Source: Massalongia carnosa
Lineage: Eukaryota
DNA: 64,000 nt
Assembly: GCA_965645245.1 (NCBI GenBank)
Contig: OZ287078.1
Span: 62,001-126,000, forward strand
Reading direction: 5' to 3'
The translations under genes were made by a program, and so were the position numbers. This document shows positions 1-12,201 of the stretch, in pieces. The notes below the pieces were generated by a model. The model made no database searches and was not told the origin of the DNA. It worked only from the letters and a program-made list of their open reading frames with translations. The stretch's first letter is position 1. Every line of letters begins with the position of its first letter.

Positions 1-199
1 CGACGACGTTACACGAGGTGGATTGTCGGCCGTCGTAGCAATACGGTCTTCGATGGCTTGATATATCTTAAGCGTTACATTATGTGTAGATAGTTTCAAA
101 GACATAACTTCGTTACATGATTCATGGAGTTATGCGGCCATCCAGCCTCCGGCGACGAGCTTAAGGCGAGGGCCACATCAGTCAAGACCTCATAAACAA

Positions 200-2658
200 C
201 GAGAAGACTCGGGACAGTCCCCCCCCACCGTCCCCCTAGCAAAGATCATTCCAAATTAGGACTAGCTACAAGCCACCTCCATACTAAATATGTGCACGTC
301 CACCGTCTCTCCGCAAGCTTCCTCTAGCTGATTTAGCTTAGCCCCGCATTCTGAAAAATCCTCATCTGTTCATACTACTACTATTACTACTACTCCTACC
401 ACTCATTGCGATGATCTCAATTCCGAAAATGCATCACTCAATTGCGAAACATTATCCTTTCTAGGCTTCATAGTCTTAGCAACCTTTCTTGTAGCTGTGT
501 TTTTCCTCTCCTCAGCCCTTGCTTGTTTGGCCGCTTGGTCGGCCCTCTGCTGAGACTCCAACTCCAACTGAGCCTTCGATTTTTTGGTTACCACACCCCG
601 TGACCCTCATGTTGTTGTTGCAGACGATGTGGATGGTAGCTGGCTAGCGCGGATGTTTTTTTGACTGAGGCTATAAAGGGAAGGAGCTTTTGGAGAGGGA
701 ACCGTTTGGGAAAGAGCCTTTTGGCTATGTTTCGCCAGCACTTCATCAATATCTTCAAATGAATCGGAAGAAGATGCCGGGGATGGAGGGATAAAATCAT
801 CGTTCTCATTCAGAGAGAGTGGAGGATCGGGGGTAGGCTGAGTTGCTATATATTGCAGGTCATCGTCGTCAGATACGATGATAGCATCTCCTGAATCTAT
901 ACCGAATATTAGCCGCGCTACATCGATCGATTTGCTGATATCCTGGGTTTTTTATCATCAATCATACCCTTGTCTTCACCGCCTGCCCGCAATTCATCCT
1001 CATGCCTTCTTCTCCTCCCTTCTTCAATCGAGTCCTTACGTTTAGCACGTCGCTGCTTAGCTTCATCTGCCTCAGCTGCCTCCCGGCCAGTGTAAGCCCG
1101 CCGGCGACTCCCACTCTTTTTATACATGAGGTTGTCCTTCGGTCGGATTTCGTCGGGGAAAGTTGTAGGGATAAGTGGCCTCGCCAGCTCCTTATCCTGC
1201 CATTTTAATTGAAAATAGCAGTGAATTTGGCGAATTCACGAGCGTATCCCTCCCTTCTATGCACATTTTCTATTGATTTATGAAAATCAATAGATTGATG
1301 TACGGCCGCATGCAGCAAATCAACACCCCCGCGACGAAATCTATCCCCAGTATTATTTTCAACTGCCTTCTCGATCTCCTCTTCCGGCTCAGATTCTTGT
1401 CTTTGTTGAGCATTCCCCCCCTCATCCGCCTCCTCATCCTGCTCTTCTGTGGTCTTCCTGTGAGCTGCTCTCCGAAACATCTCAGCGAAATTTATGGTGG
1501 GGTCGAAAACCATTCTCCACGAGACCACAAAAGGCGGGCCATCGAAAAACCAGCGGGGATGAATGAGGGAGATAGGTATGGGGATAACGTCAATGACGCA
1601 ACGATACAACCAGCATCTGCACGGAAGACCGTATCGTGGAGGCAAATCACAATCATACATACAATCCTCACCGGTTGGTTCGATTAATTGCTGCATCTGG
1701 GTTTATTTCCTTAGCCCGTTTTTTATGCATCGCTGCAGTCAATCCAGCGGCGAAGTCTCCGAGGATGACCCTAGGACCAGGACATGTATCATGAAAAAAG
1801 ATATCTTTCATACAATCAAATAAAAACGTAAAGCGCTCAGCCGATTCAGAAGTTATATAACAATAGGCCGCGGGGAAAGTCTGATTTGTGTTGGTGATGC
1901 CAACCAACACCGGTAGAGGCAAGTCATTCCCAAAACGCGAGATGCTTGACCGTATCTAGTTGATGCATCACGGAGACTTTTTGCTTGATCTAGGGCAGTT
2001 GCTCGATCGAGGTCTTGTCTACGATGCTCTTTGAAACCGAAGGGGTCTGTAGCCATCTCGTGATTGTGATCAGGATTGGTGATGATTAATCTCCACGCTT
2101 CGTCTTTATTTTGCTTCAATCTTAATCGATATTTGCACTCGTTGAACGAGACCTTCGTGTTTTTTCGTACGCGGTCCTTCTCCTCTAGCTTTCTAGTGTT
2201 TCTTTCTCTTTTGTGATGACGGGTGCAATCTAGTATAACGAGATGATTCTTCTTATCATTAGTCTCTGTGACCAATGCAAAGCCTTGAGTAAAGGCATAA
2301 TTCTGAAGGCGGGTTTTTCCCTCCTCCCAGGAGATAAAGATTTCACTCTCACTCGGAGGAAGACGATGAGACGACGGTAAACTCGCTATAGCCCTTTGCA
2401 AACGTGCATCCAGGGACGTTGATGTGAGGGCCATAGCAAAGAAAAAGATAAGGGAGAGAAGAAGTGCGGTCTACCTATCATAGTGATAAATTTATACAGA
2501 GGGTTGGCTGCCTATACCTATAATATTATTAATAGAGACGGTGAACGAGGTATATGCACCTAATTATTTAGTATGGGGAGGTGGCTTGTAGCTAGTCCTA
2601 ATTTGGAATGATTTTCGCTGGGGGGACGGTGGTTGGGGGACTGTCCCGAGTCTTCTCG
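200..2658 (-). mobile_element. Mutator-like (MULE) DNA transposon, internally deleted, non-autonomous
   Basis: ~100-bp imperfect TIRs (CGAGAAGACTCGGGACAGTCC... / ...GGACTGTCCCGAGTCTTCTCG) and a 9-bp TSD CATAAACAA (191-199, 2659-2667). Its ORF pieces are homologous to the MULE transposase at 46400-49387. Confidence 0.93.
403..2434 (-). pseudogene. MULE transposase remnant (FAR1-like N-terminus, partial DDE, SWIM-like C/C motif)
   Basis: ORFs 1853-2434, 1668-1922, 1205-1696, 918-1127 and 403-594 are collinear with the MULE2 protein. Large deletions at ~1925 and ~1700, plus frameshifts. Confidence 0.9.
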
Positions 2659-3074
2659 CATAAACAACACATATAAAACCCGAGTCATTGCATCATCAAA
2701 AGTCGCTCTCGTTCTCAAGGGTAAGCCGTTGCGAGCTGGTCGTCAGCATCAGGTTAGAGCGAGGTGGAGGTCGGAACAAGGCACACGGGAGGGGTTCAAT
2801 CCTCGGTACAAGCTCTAATGTGAATTGAAAAAGTCGGGTGAATTGGCAACTTTGCACGGGAAGATGAGCCTGTCAGCTCAGTCAATTCTCAGCAGAGCGA
2901 TCTCGTGGGGGACAGACGAGAACATGTACTTTAAAACACAACCGCTGTGTGAGAGGAATTATGAAGAGTTCTGCGTTTCTGGTGGTCTGAAAGAATGAGT
3001 CGCTGCACTCTTCGTTCAAACAAACATGCCTCAATTGGAAGAATACATATCGCTCTTGGGTTGAATTAGGAACG

Positions 3075-4911
3075 TTATATGAGCGTCGTAGCGGAAAGCT
3101 TTTGTATGACGTCTCGATTGAATGTTGTCGCAAAGTCGTCTCGTCCAGTGCGATCCTTGTATTTGGATTCAAGACACAGTAACACGGCACTGGAGTAAGC
3201 CTCGCCCATGTTGTGCGCAATCTTTCGCTTGGCATACCAGCTGTAAAACTTACTGATCTCCAATGCACTCATTCTTCGAGGTTCACCGACACGTCTTCGG
3301 TCGCGTTGTGACTGATCGGTCATGGCTTTTGCCGTCTGCCAAACCGCAATCTCCAGAAGAATCACACCAAGCGAATATATATCGTGCGTCTTGCTGTGAG
3401 GAGGCCGGAAGGATCCTTGTAAATCCGCGTGAAGGTAAGGATCAACCTCGCTGGTATAAGCCGCAAGCGTAGATGAAGCCCCGTTAGGTCTGGAGTACTT
3501 AAAATTGACAAGGTAGGGCATATAACAGAGATTGTCCTGACCTATGGTTTCCTCCTCACGGTGATTAAAAAAAACCACTGGTTGGCTCCGTATACCCTTG
3601 TGGATCCAACCATCGGCATGGAAATTACCCAGACTCAGAGCTATCCTCTGGGCAATCTTGAAGCGAGTGGACAGGGATAACGATCTCCTGCTTTCGATGA
3701 TGGAATGTAAAGAGATTGGATCGCTCGGTTCGGCATCCTCGGGAATCTCAAACACAAAGGCATGCCTTCCCATCGCTGGTTGGTGGATGAGACCCTTGAA
3801 CGGCAATGTTCCAAGTTTGTTGAGGCCTAAAATATCAAGAATACTTACCAGCTGGTTGACCCGCACCTTAACTATTTCTCGGGTTGAAGCTTCCTCTTGA
3901 ATCGGTGCATCAAAGTCCGCAAAGACCGGCGGCCCCTCGGTGCCGCTAGTGAGCCAGCTGAACCGTGAAGGGCTGGTGGTTGTTAGGTGTCCATTCTGCT
4001 CGCCGGCCTTCAAAGTGTTGAAGTATGCTTTGTATTCAATCAAGACAGTCTCTGTGGTGGTATTTCCTTCTGCTATTTTCCGTTTCAACGTTGCCATGTG
4101 AACAGTAGATGTATCACCCGTTGACTCGATGTAGCCGTTTTCGATATTGAACCGCCTATTGCCCGAGCTAGCACCCATCGCGAGCATTGTCCTCTCAGCT
4201 CGAGCTGCGAAACCTAATATATTTGCATCCTTGTCGTCACGTAGAACTTCGTATGGTTTTTATTGCTGGCCCCGAAGACTTTGCAGACGTGACTGGTACG
4301 CTACTGCGATCTGGAGAGTACCTGACAACTGGGCATTCCACTCACGGAATTTCTGCACGATGGCCTCCAACTTCTTCTTGTCAAACAGTGACCATCTTGA
4401 AGCCACACGAAGCTCTTCAGCTTTCGTTTTCATCCGGGAAAGGGTGGATGGTTTGCCTGTCTCGCTTTAATCTGGTTTCTGTGGCTCGATTGACTTGCTC
4501 GCCGGTAAAACCTGCTCAATCCATGGCGAGTAGCTAGTCCGTGCGAGCCTCGCATAATCGGAAAAGTCATCTCGGAAGCGTTCACAGATGTGAATGGTGT
4601 CAAATAGTATCTCCTGCAAAGAGAGTTTTGGTAAGCGTCTCCGAAGCATCTACAAGTCATGGTCGTCGCACAGGGCACAGACCGACCTCATTGATTAGCT
4701 CATCGTCGACAAGGTTCCCTTCGGCCTTACTGAACCATCGTTCGAATGCGCTGAGAATGACAAGCTCGTGACGGATATCATCCACAACTCGTTTCCTTTC
4801 CAAGTCGCATTGTTTGGCTGATTGAACTGTATCGTAAATATATTTCCCTACCGTGTAGGCTTCGTGGCAAATCGCGATAACCCCGACAGTGATGCTGAAT
4901 GGATCGGCCAT
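3075..4911 (-). pseudogene. HeLo/HeLo-like domain + pseudokinase protein (MLKL-like architecture)
   Basis: Hydrophobic N-terminal helix MADPFSITVGVIAIC. Predicted intron 4614-4686 (GTCGGT...TTGCAG). HeLo C-terminal motif RWSLFDKKKLEAIVQKFREWNAQL. Kinase-fold motifs FHADGWIHKGIRS, PYLVNFKYSRP and DIYSLGVILLEIAVW, with both the HRD and DFG aspartates missing. Two in-frame TAA stops at 4467-4469 and 4260-4262. Confidence 0.8.
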
Positions 4912-4917
4912 TCCCAC

Positions 4918-5279
4918 CTCATTGGACTGGATCTATGCTTGTTCAATCGCAATGTGAGTATATGCGCCGAAAGTCAAGTTATAGGTATGAGGTAGTTGAT
5001 ACCGAATTGTTTACAGAGTACAGTCCGCCGTACGAGTATGTAATATACGTTCTCGTGTTATTAATCCATGCTAGCCGACGATCTGCACTACAACACTGTA
5101 TCGTTATCGAAGCTCTCAGCCTTCACGATCATTCTATAGGCAGTCGAATTTATGAAGAAATGGCACATCCTGAAAAATAATGTCGCTATGTCGCTCAAAG
5201 AATGATAGCCTTGTCGAAGCCGGCGAGGTTGGCCTGAGTTGAACAACTAGTTGGATGGACAGTAACGCATCCATCCACG
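4918..5279. promoter_or_regulatory. putative bidirectional promoter between the divergent gene pair
   Basis: ~360-bp spacer between two head-to-head start codons. No specific motif identified. Confidence 0.4.
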
Positions 5280-5943
5280 ATGGCTTCCTCAGATGCGTGG
5301 GAAGGTTCTTCAGATCCGTCAGCCTCGAGATCCTACTCCTCCGCTTGGTCATCCTCTCTGGGCTCCGCCTCCAACATCTTCATATACTCGAGATCAGACT
5401 CGGTCATGCCGGACGGAAAAATCAACTGGGATATGAAGTCCATTTTTGACATATTGTGGAGAACCGGGATACCTGGTCCTCACCTACTTCGGGCAACGAA
5501 AGAGTTCACGCTGGGCATGGGGAAAGGCTCCCAGGGATATGTTTGGGCTGCATGTGACTTATTCGCAAGTGCGAGGGATTCCATTTCGCATGACCCTGAT
5601 TGTCGGCTGCGAAGGTCGTTGGATGGCTGGACAGCCTGTGTGATCAAACGAGTACGTTCTGATGGGAAGCAAGACCTTCGGCAACAAGTTCGATCCACCT
5701 ACAGCGAAGTAATACGACTATGCCATAATGATTTACGCAATCACGAAAATATAGTGAAGTTGATTGGATGGGGGTTGTGTTTGGATTCTTTGGAAACCGT
5801 TACTACGGAAGACCCGAGATTACCGCTCCTTATTTTAGAGCGAGCGCATTGTGATCTAGGCATGTTCCTCGACGATTCGAATTTGGAAAAGACGTCGATC
5901 GTCGTCCTTCGGGAAATCTGTCTCGCCGTTGGAAGAGGCCTGG

Positions 5944-8900
5944 TGTCAACCTTTCACATGAATTCAGGAAGGATGAAAAAGGCTGTATTCTGTATGTGGG
6001 AAATGCCCACATCTAGCTACCTATATAGAAGGGAAAAGGGGTCATGGCAGCAACGATATTAACCCCGGCAAATTGAGGGGTAAAGGTGTGGAAGAAATGG
6101 CGTAGCTTAGCGGCATCTGCCGCGACAGGGGGTCGAGGATCGGCGATGAGAATCGACCACATTCAGGTTTGACACACCCCCCCAGGATGCGAAGCATCCT
6201 GACCAAAAGAAGAAAACATGAAGCAATTCCCATTCGAGAAAAAGGTGCAATTCTTGCAAAATCAAAATGAGATGCCAGTGAAAAGAAATTTCTGCCCGCC
6301 GAGAGGAATTCCGCCCGGTTCACTCCCGCCTGCCCCATTCCTAAATCAGACACTTGATATCAATAAGGCCTAGCATTTCCAGAAAGGAACGATGCTTTTG
6401 CGGAGGCAAGGGCTTGGTGAGACCATCTGCCGTCATCCGGTTGGTCTGTAGATAACCCACATTGAGATGACCAAATTGAACGCTCTGTCTCAACCACAAC
6501 TGAGCGATGTCTACATGCAGAAGTTTGGTGGTAACTTTGGGCTGTTCCGACGTCAGAATGCGGATGGTCTGCATGTTATCATTGTAGATTTTGACCGAAT
6601 GGTCGTAGTCGAATCCCAGCTTGCCAAAGAAATTAATCCACCAGATGCATGCCTTGCAGGCATGGAGAAGGGCAAGCAATTCTGCCTCTGTCGTCGAAGT
6701 TGAGACGGTCGCCTGCTTCCTGGCAGCCCAGTCGATCATGCCGCCATACAGCTTGAATGTGAAACCCTCGTAGCTGCGTCGCTCGGGACTATTTGCAAAG
6801 CTGGCATCGGCAGTGTTTTCGAAGACATGCTTTGCCGAGAGCTGATCATCATCCGGAGACTGCACGGTAAGCTCGCCACCTCCCGAGGGTGAGTATTTTA
6901 TCGCCAGATACTTAGTCGCGTGTAGATATTGCAGGCAGTGATTTGCCGCGTCTAGATGCTCCAGACCGGGACAGGTGAGATGCTCTGCCAATTTGGAGGC
7001 AGCTTTGGCAACGTCCGGCCGAGTGATATTCGCGGGATAGCAGATCGATCCTACCTTTTTACGATATTCCTGCCTCAGGGATTGGTCGACTGACCGAGGC
7101 GAGTCCGAGTCTGGGCTAGCTGCCGAGGCAGAGGTGAATGCGATGAAGTCTGACGGTAGCGGGGATGACGGAGATTTAGACGTGTCTATCTCGTATTCAA
7201 TTGCCAACTTGTCCATGTAGGAGTCTTGACAAAGATAAATGTCGCCAGCATTTCGAACAATCCGTACACCGAGAAAGAAGCTCAATTGGCCCATGTCGCG
7301 TAATTCAAATCGAGCATTCAACTTCTGAATCAGCAGATCTACGTCTGCAGCTCTACTTTCCGGAAAGATGATGACTATGTCATCCACATAGAAAAAGAGG
7401 ATGATGCCAGAGTAGTCGGTAAAAAGGCAGGGCTCGCCAGGGATCTGCTGCATGTCCAATGAGGTGAGTGCTTTGGAAAATTCTCGTAGCCATAGTAGAG
7501 GCGATTTTCGAAGCCCGTACAAAGCCCGGACCAGGAGCAAGCATTTCCCCTCGATGACGAAACCATCTGGCATGTACACGTGGATGACCCTATCGGCTTT
7601 GGCATTTAGGAAGGCATTGATCGCGTCAAACTGCCTTGTCCTGAGTCCGAAAGCAGACGTCAGGGCCATGAGGCACCTGAAGATCTTAATTGCCAGCGTA
7701 GAGGCGTATACATCTTCCGCCGAGACTTCTTCCAAATCCCCTCGGACTACCAGGCGTGCCTTGTATTTTACTAGAAAGCCATCCGGGTCGAACTTGTATG
7801 TAAAGACCCACATTAGTGGAAGCGGCTTCTGATTGGAAGTTTTGGGAATGACGACGAAGGTGTCCATTCTGAGAAGAGTCTGATATTCAAAGTCGGCTGC
7901 TTTGCGAAATCCTTCTGCATGGGGATGTCGAAGCATACCTCGCCACTGCTTCGGCGGCGGCGGCAGGCTGTCTCTATGCAATCTGGTCGACCTAGTGGTC
8001 ACTGCAAATGCCAAATAAACTTCCTTCATCCCGTCATCCAATCTCGAGTTTGTATTCCCTAGTGGTTCCGAAGCGATGCCGAGTGGTCTGATGCCGAGAG
8101 GTGCTGCAAGATTTGCGAATTTCTGCTTCGGTTTTCTGACTCGTTTTCCTTCGACGATATTGCTGACATCCAATTTGGCAGATCCGATATTCCTACTGGG
8201 ACCGGTGCCAAAAGATTCGGCAATGCCGAGAGGCGTCCGGCCGGTTTCTGGCAGATCAGTCGGTAGATCTATGCTACTCGGAAGACTGTCTTTTACCACC
8301 CGTTTGTCGCGAGATGTTGACGAAGATGTAGCTGCAGGTGCTGAGGTCGATGGAGGCGGAGTGCTCTCGGGAGTTGGAAGATGCTGCTGACTCGGTGAAT
8401 GTCTCGGCATGATAGGGACGTCTTTCGCAGTCAACGACGCGGGCACATCCAGTGCAGACGAATTTTCAACCGACGAAGAAGGATCAGCAAATGACCGATT
8501 GCGCACAGATGTCGCCAGCCATTGCTCCTCATTTTCTGCCAAATCAACAATGTAGGGAGCAGCATCGAAAACTTCCAGCTCTACAAACTCGGCCACCTTC
8601 TCTTTGGGAATCAGATCCTTTTTGACGTATGTGGAGAAGGTTTGATCCTCATCAAAGATAACATCTCTATATCCGCTGACCGACCAGGTCTCGGGATTCC
8701 AGACTCGATAAATGTTTGTAGAATCGTATCCGACCAGATAGCCAACAAATGCTCGAGGGGCTAGTTTCTCACTTTTTGGCGGGGCATCTTTACCTTTCAG
8801 AAGGGGATATGCCTTGCACCCAAAGACCTTGAGATGACCAATTTCGGAATTGTATGGCTTCTTCAGGGCTCGGTGCAGGGAGATGTGAGGCGATTTCCAA

Positions 8901-11772
8901 TCTAGTCCTTTTGTCGGCGTCCTATTTAGCAAGTGTCCAGCAGCGAGATAGCACTCGGGATACAGATCTTCTGGCAAATCGGCGCCGATGCGAATGCATC
9001 TAGCCTTCTGAGTCAAAAGGCTTCCTGCCCTCTCAGCCGACCCATTCTGCTCCTTAGTATGCTTTGCGGACCATTCAAACGCGATTCCCTGTTCCTTGAC
9101 GAAGTCTTGAATGACGTCTCCAACCGACGTTTCCTGATCCATTCGAAAGGTCTGAACGAAAAGACCGAATTCGGCTCCGAGTCGATCGCACCGATTTATG
9201 ACATGCTTGACAATCCGAAGTAGTGTCTCCTGCTTATGATCTTGCAGGGGGAAGACCCAATGAAACGAGGTGAAATCATCCTGAAAATGAGCGACGCAGG
9301 TGGTCCCATCGAAAGCAGTCCTTTTCAAAATAATGAGGTCAAAATGAAGACGCTGGAATGGTTTAGTGGCTTTAGTAGCCGAGACCCTTGATACTAGTGT
9401 ATGCATTTTTGACAATGCGCACGTCTCACATTTCACTGTCTTTGGAGCATCTTGACCACTGTTACCTCTTGAAATCTCAATCATCTTCTGATTCGACAAC
9501 TGGTTAATGACTTCCGGTTGGCAATGTCCTAGGCGGAGATGAAATTTCCATGGCGTGCCTTTTGGGATTGCATCTGCCGAGACTCGGGAACCGACGAAAT
9601 TTGCGAAAGCACCAGCGTGGCCAACGGGACGATACTCGGCAGTGTAGAGACCGAAATGCTCTTCCAATTCGAAGATTGAAATACCCTTCTTCTCGACCGT
9701 GTCCGTATGCATGTTCCACAGAAATCCATCCTTTTTCAGCTTGCTGACCGAAATCAAAGTCACCGATGAGTCGGGAACGTATGCTGTGTGTCGAAAATGC
9801 AGAGGCTGATTCTTCCCTTTTAGTGTCCCATTCACCAACATTGTCCCAAAACCTTCAATAAGGAGATCTCCGTCGGGAGTCGAGACCCATTCGTATGCCG
9901 GGATGATTTCGTCAATAAACCGGGATTTGTCCCAGGTCAGATGATTGGAGCATCCCGAGTCGTAGGAGACGCTGAGATGAAGCAGATTGTCGCGATCCGA
10001 GATAGTATTTCCAAAAGAGACTGGAGCATTCTCGACAACAGGGAGCTCGGCGGGAGCATTGCCATTGCCTCGGCCACGACCTCCATCTCCGCGACCCCCT
10101 CGACCTCCACCTCTTCCTCGATATCGAGGTTTCAAAGGTTCATCAGGCTCGGAGATGCCGTTGAGAATGTCGGATGTAGCGGCGCGTTTGACATACCAAT
10201 AAAGCTTGGAATTGGACCCGATTTTTTGTCGGATGTGGTCGCGTATCTCCTTATTGAATTTCCATCCCGAGATTCTAGACTCGACTGTCAAATAAGGGCA
10301 TCTTTTCCAGGAGTGAGTTTCGCCGCAAAGGCATTCGCTATTGCCGTACTTGCTATCTTCAGAAGTGGAATTTCCCTGATCGGAAGAAGACTGTCCTTGC
10401 AGAGAAGCGGAATTCGCCGAGAGCTGCTGACGACGACCAGTGCTGATTGCATTTTCTTCTATCTCGGTCCGATACTCATTGGCGGCCTCGAAGAATTTAA
10501 GGGGACGACCTGATACATTTCGTATCTTGATCCAGGTGTCGCAAAAGAATGGTGCCCATATCCGAGCGGCTTTCAGAAAGTGCTGAGTGTAGATATACTC
10601 ACTATAGATGGGTTCAACTTTCAAAGCAACGATTTCTTCCCTCAGCGTTTCCCATTGGCAGATCCAAGATTCGATCTTCCCTTTCACCGGGTGAGAATTT
10701 CTCAACTCGTCGTATTGGCGATCGATCTGCCTTTGAACTTCGTCCTGACTCTTTTTGAATTTATGGGCCAGGGACTGAAGAATTTCTCGAACCGAGGATG
10801 ATCTGACATTCCTGGCGACATAATCTTTAGCCGACTCTAGGATGACCGTATGAACCTTCTCAATTCCCATGGCTGCGGCCCTGGCATCTGCCTGAAGCCC
10901 TCGATGTGACCGTTCATCTGCATTGTACGACTCCTTCTGTGATTCCGAGAGATCGGCATACCGAGAACATGGTTCGGGAATCAGGACCGGCGGGCCATTT
11001 AAATCGCCGAGAACTGTCCCTTGAGAAGAACCTTGAGAAGCGACAATAGCAGGCGTAGGGATATTGGTAGAGTCAGTGCCAGGCGTATTAACCGGGACGA
11101 CTTTGACGTAATCACTGAATTTGGGAAATTTGGGAATGGTAGGTTCCGATTCTGATCCTTCCGGATCGACGTACTCCCATACCTGAGATCGTACTGCGAT
11201 ACCCTTGATTTCCGACAACCAGGAATTGTAGGTCCTAGGCGTCAGAGCCGAGACGATGAGTTTCCGAGACGATCCCGACGAGTAGTCTTCCATTTGGGAT
11301 AACCGACCAAAGATGGAGACAGATGGGAAAAACAGGGAAACGACCAAAAAGGCAAAGGAAAACAGAAGCACGAGGAATAAATCAACTCTGCGATGCTCCA
11401 TGAGAGATACGATAATTCCGGCGGCGATACTCAGCCTGCCTAGGATATTTCGGGGTCGATGAAGGCAGCGATAAATCAGCTTACCAATAACTAAAGTTAA
11501 GACGGAGGCAGCGAAAAATTCAGCTAACCCGGGCTCATAGCTGTCAACCTTTCACATGAATTCAGGAAGGATGAAAAAGGCTGTATTCTGTATGTGGGAA
11601 ATGCCCACATCTAGCTACCTATATAGAAGGGAAAAGGGGTCATGGCAGCAACGATATTAACCCCGGCAAATTGAGGGGTAAAGGTGTGGAAGAAATGGCG
11701 TAGCTTAGCGGCATCTGCCGCGACAGGGGGTCGAGGATCGGCGATGAGAATCGACCACATTCAGGTTTGACA
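5944..11772 (-). mobile_element. Ty1/Copia LTR retrotransposon 1, intact
   Basis: Identical 231-bp LTRs (5944-6174, 11542-11772, TG...CA) and TSD CCTGG. PBS GCTATGAGCCCGG; PPT GGGGGGGTG. Confidence 0.97.
6341..11401 (-). CDS. Copia gag-pol polyprotein (PR-IN-RT-RH order)
   Basis: 1686 aa with zinc knuckle CLCGETHSWKRC, PR YDSG, GAG-pre-IN HLRLGH, IN QNGSAER, RT FYVDD and RH ADASF/ADGLTK. Start may be the ATG at 11293. Confidence 0.95.
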   Translation of the reverse strand: MEHRRVDLFLVLLFSFAFLVVSLFFPSVSIFGRLSQMEDYSSGSSRKLIVSALTPRTYNSWLSEIKGIAVRSQVWEYVDPEGSESEPTIPKFPKFSDYVKVVPVNTPGTDSTNIPTPAIVASQGSSQGTVLGDLNGPPVLIPEPCSRYADLSESQKESYNADERSHRGLQADARAAAMGIEKVHTVILESAKDYVARNVRSSSVREILQSLAHKFKKSQDEVQRQIDRQYDELRNSHPVKGKIESWICQWETLREEIVALKVEPIYSEYIYTQHFLKAARIWAPFFCDTWIKIRNVSGRPLKFFEAANEYRTEIEENAISTGRRQQLSANSASLQGQSSSDQGNSTSEDSKYGNSECLCGETHSWKRCPYLTVESRISGWKFNKEIRDHIRQKIGSNSKLYWYVKRAATSDILNGISEPDEPLKPRYRGRGGGRGGRGDGGRGRGNGNAPAELPVVENAPVSFGNTISDRDNLLHLSVSYDSGCSNHLTWDKSRFIDEIIPAYEWVSTPDGDLLIEGFGTMLVNGTLKGKNQPLHFRHTAYVPDSSVTLISVSKLKKDGFLWNMHTDTVEKKGISIFELEEHFGLYTAEYRPVGHAGAFANFVGSRVSADAIPKGTPWKFHLRLGHCQPEVINQLSNQKMIEISRGNSGQDAPKTVKCETCALSKMHTLVSRVSATKATKPFQRLHFDLIILKRTAFDGTTCVAHFQDDFTSFHWVFPLQDHKQETLLRIVKHVINRCDRLGAEFGLFVQTFRMDQETSVGDVIQDFVKEQGIAFEWSAKHTKEQNGSAERAGSLLTQKARCIRIGADLPEDLYPECYLAAGHLLNRTPTKGLDWKSPHISLHRALKKPYNSEIGHLKVFGCKAYPLLKGKDAPPKSEKLAPRAFVGYLVGYDSTNIYRVWNPETWSVSGYRDVIFDEDQTFSTYVKKDLIPKEKVAEFVELEVFDAAPYIVDLAENEEQWLATSVRNRSFADPSSSVENSSALDVPASLTAKDVPIMPRHSPSQQHLPTPESTPPPSTSAPAATSSSTSRDKRVVKDSLPSSIDLPTDLPETGRTPLGIAESFGTGPSRNIGSAKLDVSNIVEGKRVRKPKQKFANLAAPLGIRPLGIASEPLGNTNSRLDDGMKEVYLAFAVTTRSTRLHRDSLPPPPKQWRGMLRHPHAEGFRKAADFEYQTLLRMDTFVVIPKTSNQKPLPLMWVFTYKFDPDGFLVKYKARLVVRGDLEEVSAEDVYASTLAIKIFRCLMALTSAFGLRTRQFDAINAFLNAKADRVIHVYMPDGFVIEGKCLLLVRALYGLRKSPLLWLREFSKALTSLDMQQIPGEPCLFTDYSGIILFFYVDDIVIIFPESRAADVDLLIQKLNARFELRDMGQLSFFLGVRIVRNAGDIYLCQDSYMDKLAIEYEIDTSKSPSSPLPSDFIAFTSASAASPDSDSPRSVDQSLRQEYRKKVGSICYPANITRPDVAKAASKLAEHLTCPGLEHLDAANHCLQYLHATKYLAIKYSPSGGGELTVQSPDDDQLSAKHVFENTADASFANSPERRSYEGFTFKLYGGMIDWAARKQATVSTSTTEAELLALLHACKACIWWINFFGKLGFDYDHSVKIYNDNMQTIRILTSEQPKVTTKLLHVDIAQLWLRQSVQFGHLNVGYLQTNRMTADGLTKPLPPQKHRSFLEMLGLIDIKCLI

Positions 11773-12201
11773 CCTGGGAGCTGTTCATGCTGCAGGATTT
11801 GCACACGGTGACTTAAAACCAGCTATTGTTTTGATGTTTGCTGCAAAGAAAGAGAAAATGTGGAGCATGCAGAGATGGATTCCCAAGCTGTGTGACTTTG
11901 GCTCTTCAAATGTGAAGCAATACCTGGGAAGTCCTGGCTGGCAGCCACCAGAGTACTAGGTTCGGGTGAAAAGTATTGACGGATTAAGCGAGAAAATCAA
12001 AATCGATCTTTCAATCACTGTTGCGTCTAGGCAAGATTATACGAGTGTTGAAAGATGTTGATTAAATGAGCAAGTCTGCTCGCCTATATAAGCTTAAAAT
12101 ACGCTAGTCTCAATTGAGACTTCCCATAAAGGGAGCTACGACTATAGTCATAATACCATAATACCATAGCTATAACAGATGCCGATAAAAAAGCAAAAAG
12201 G

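Noticed and set aside
5280..5400. Amyloid signalling motif in the kinase N-terminus
   Set aside because: Ser-rich only, with no HET-s/PP/sigma-like G-N-Q pseudo-repeat pattern recognised.
5944..6062. C-terminus of ORF 5280-6062 as a real protein end
   Set aside because: It is read-through into the Copia LTR; the true frame resumes at 11778.
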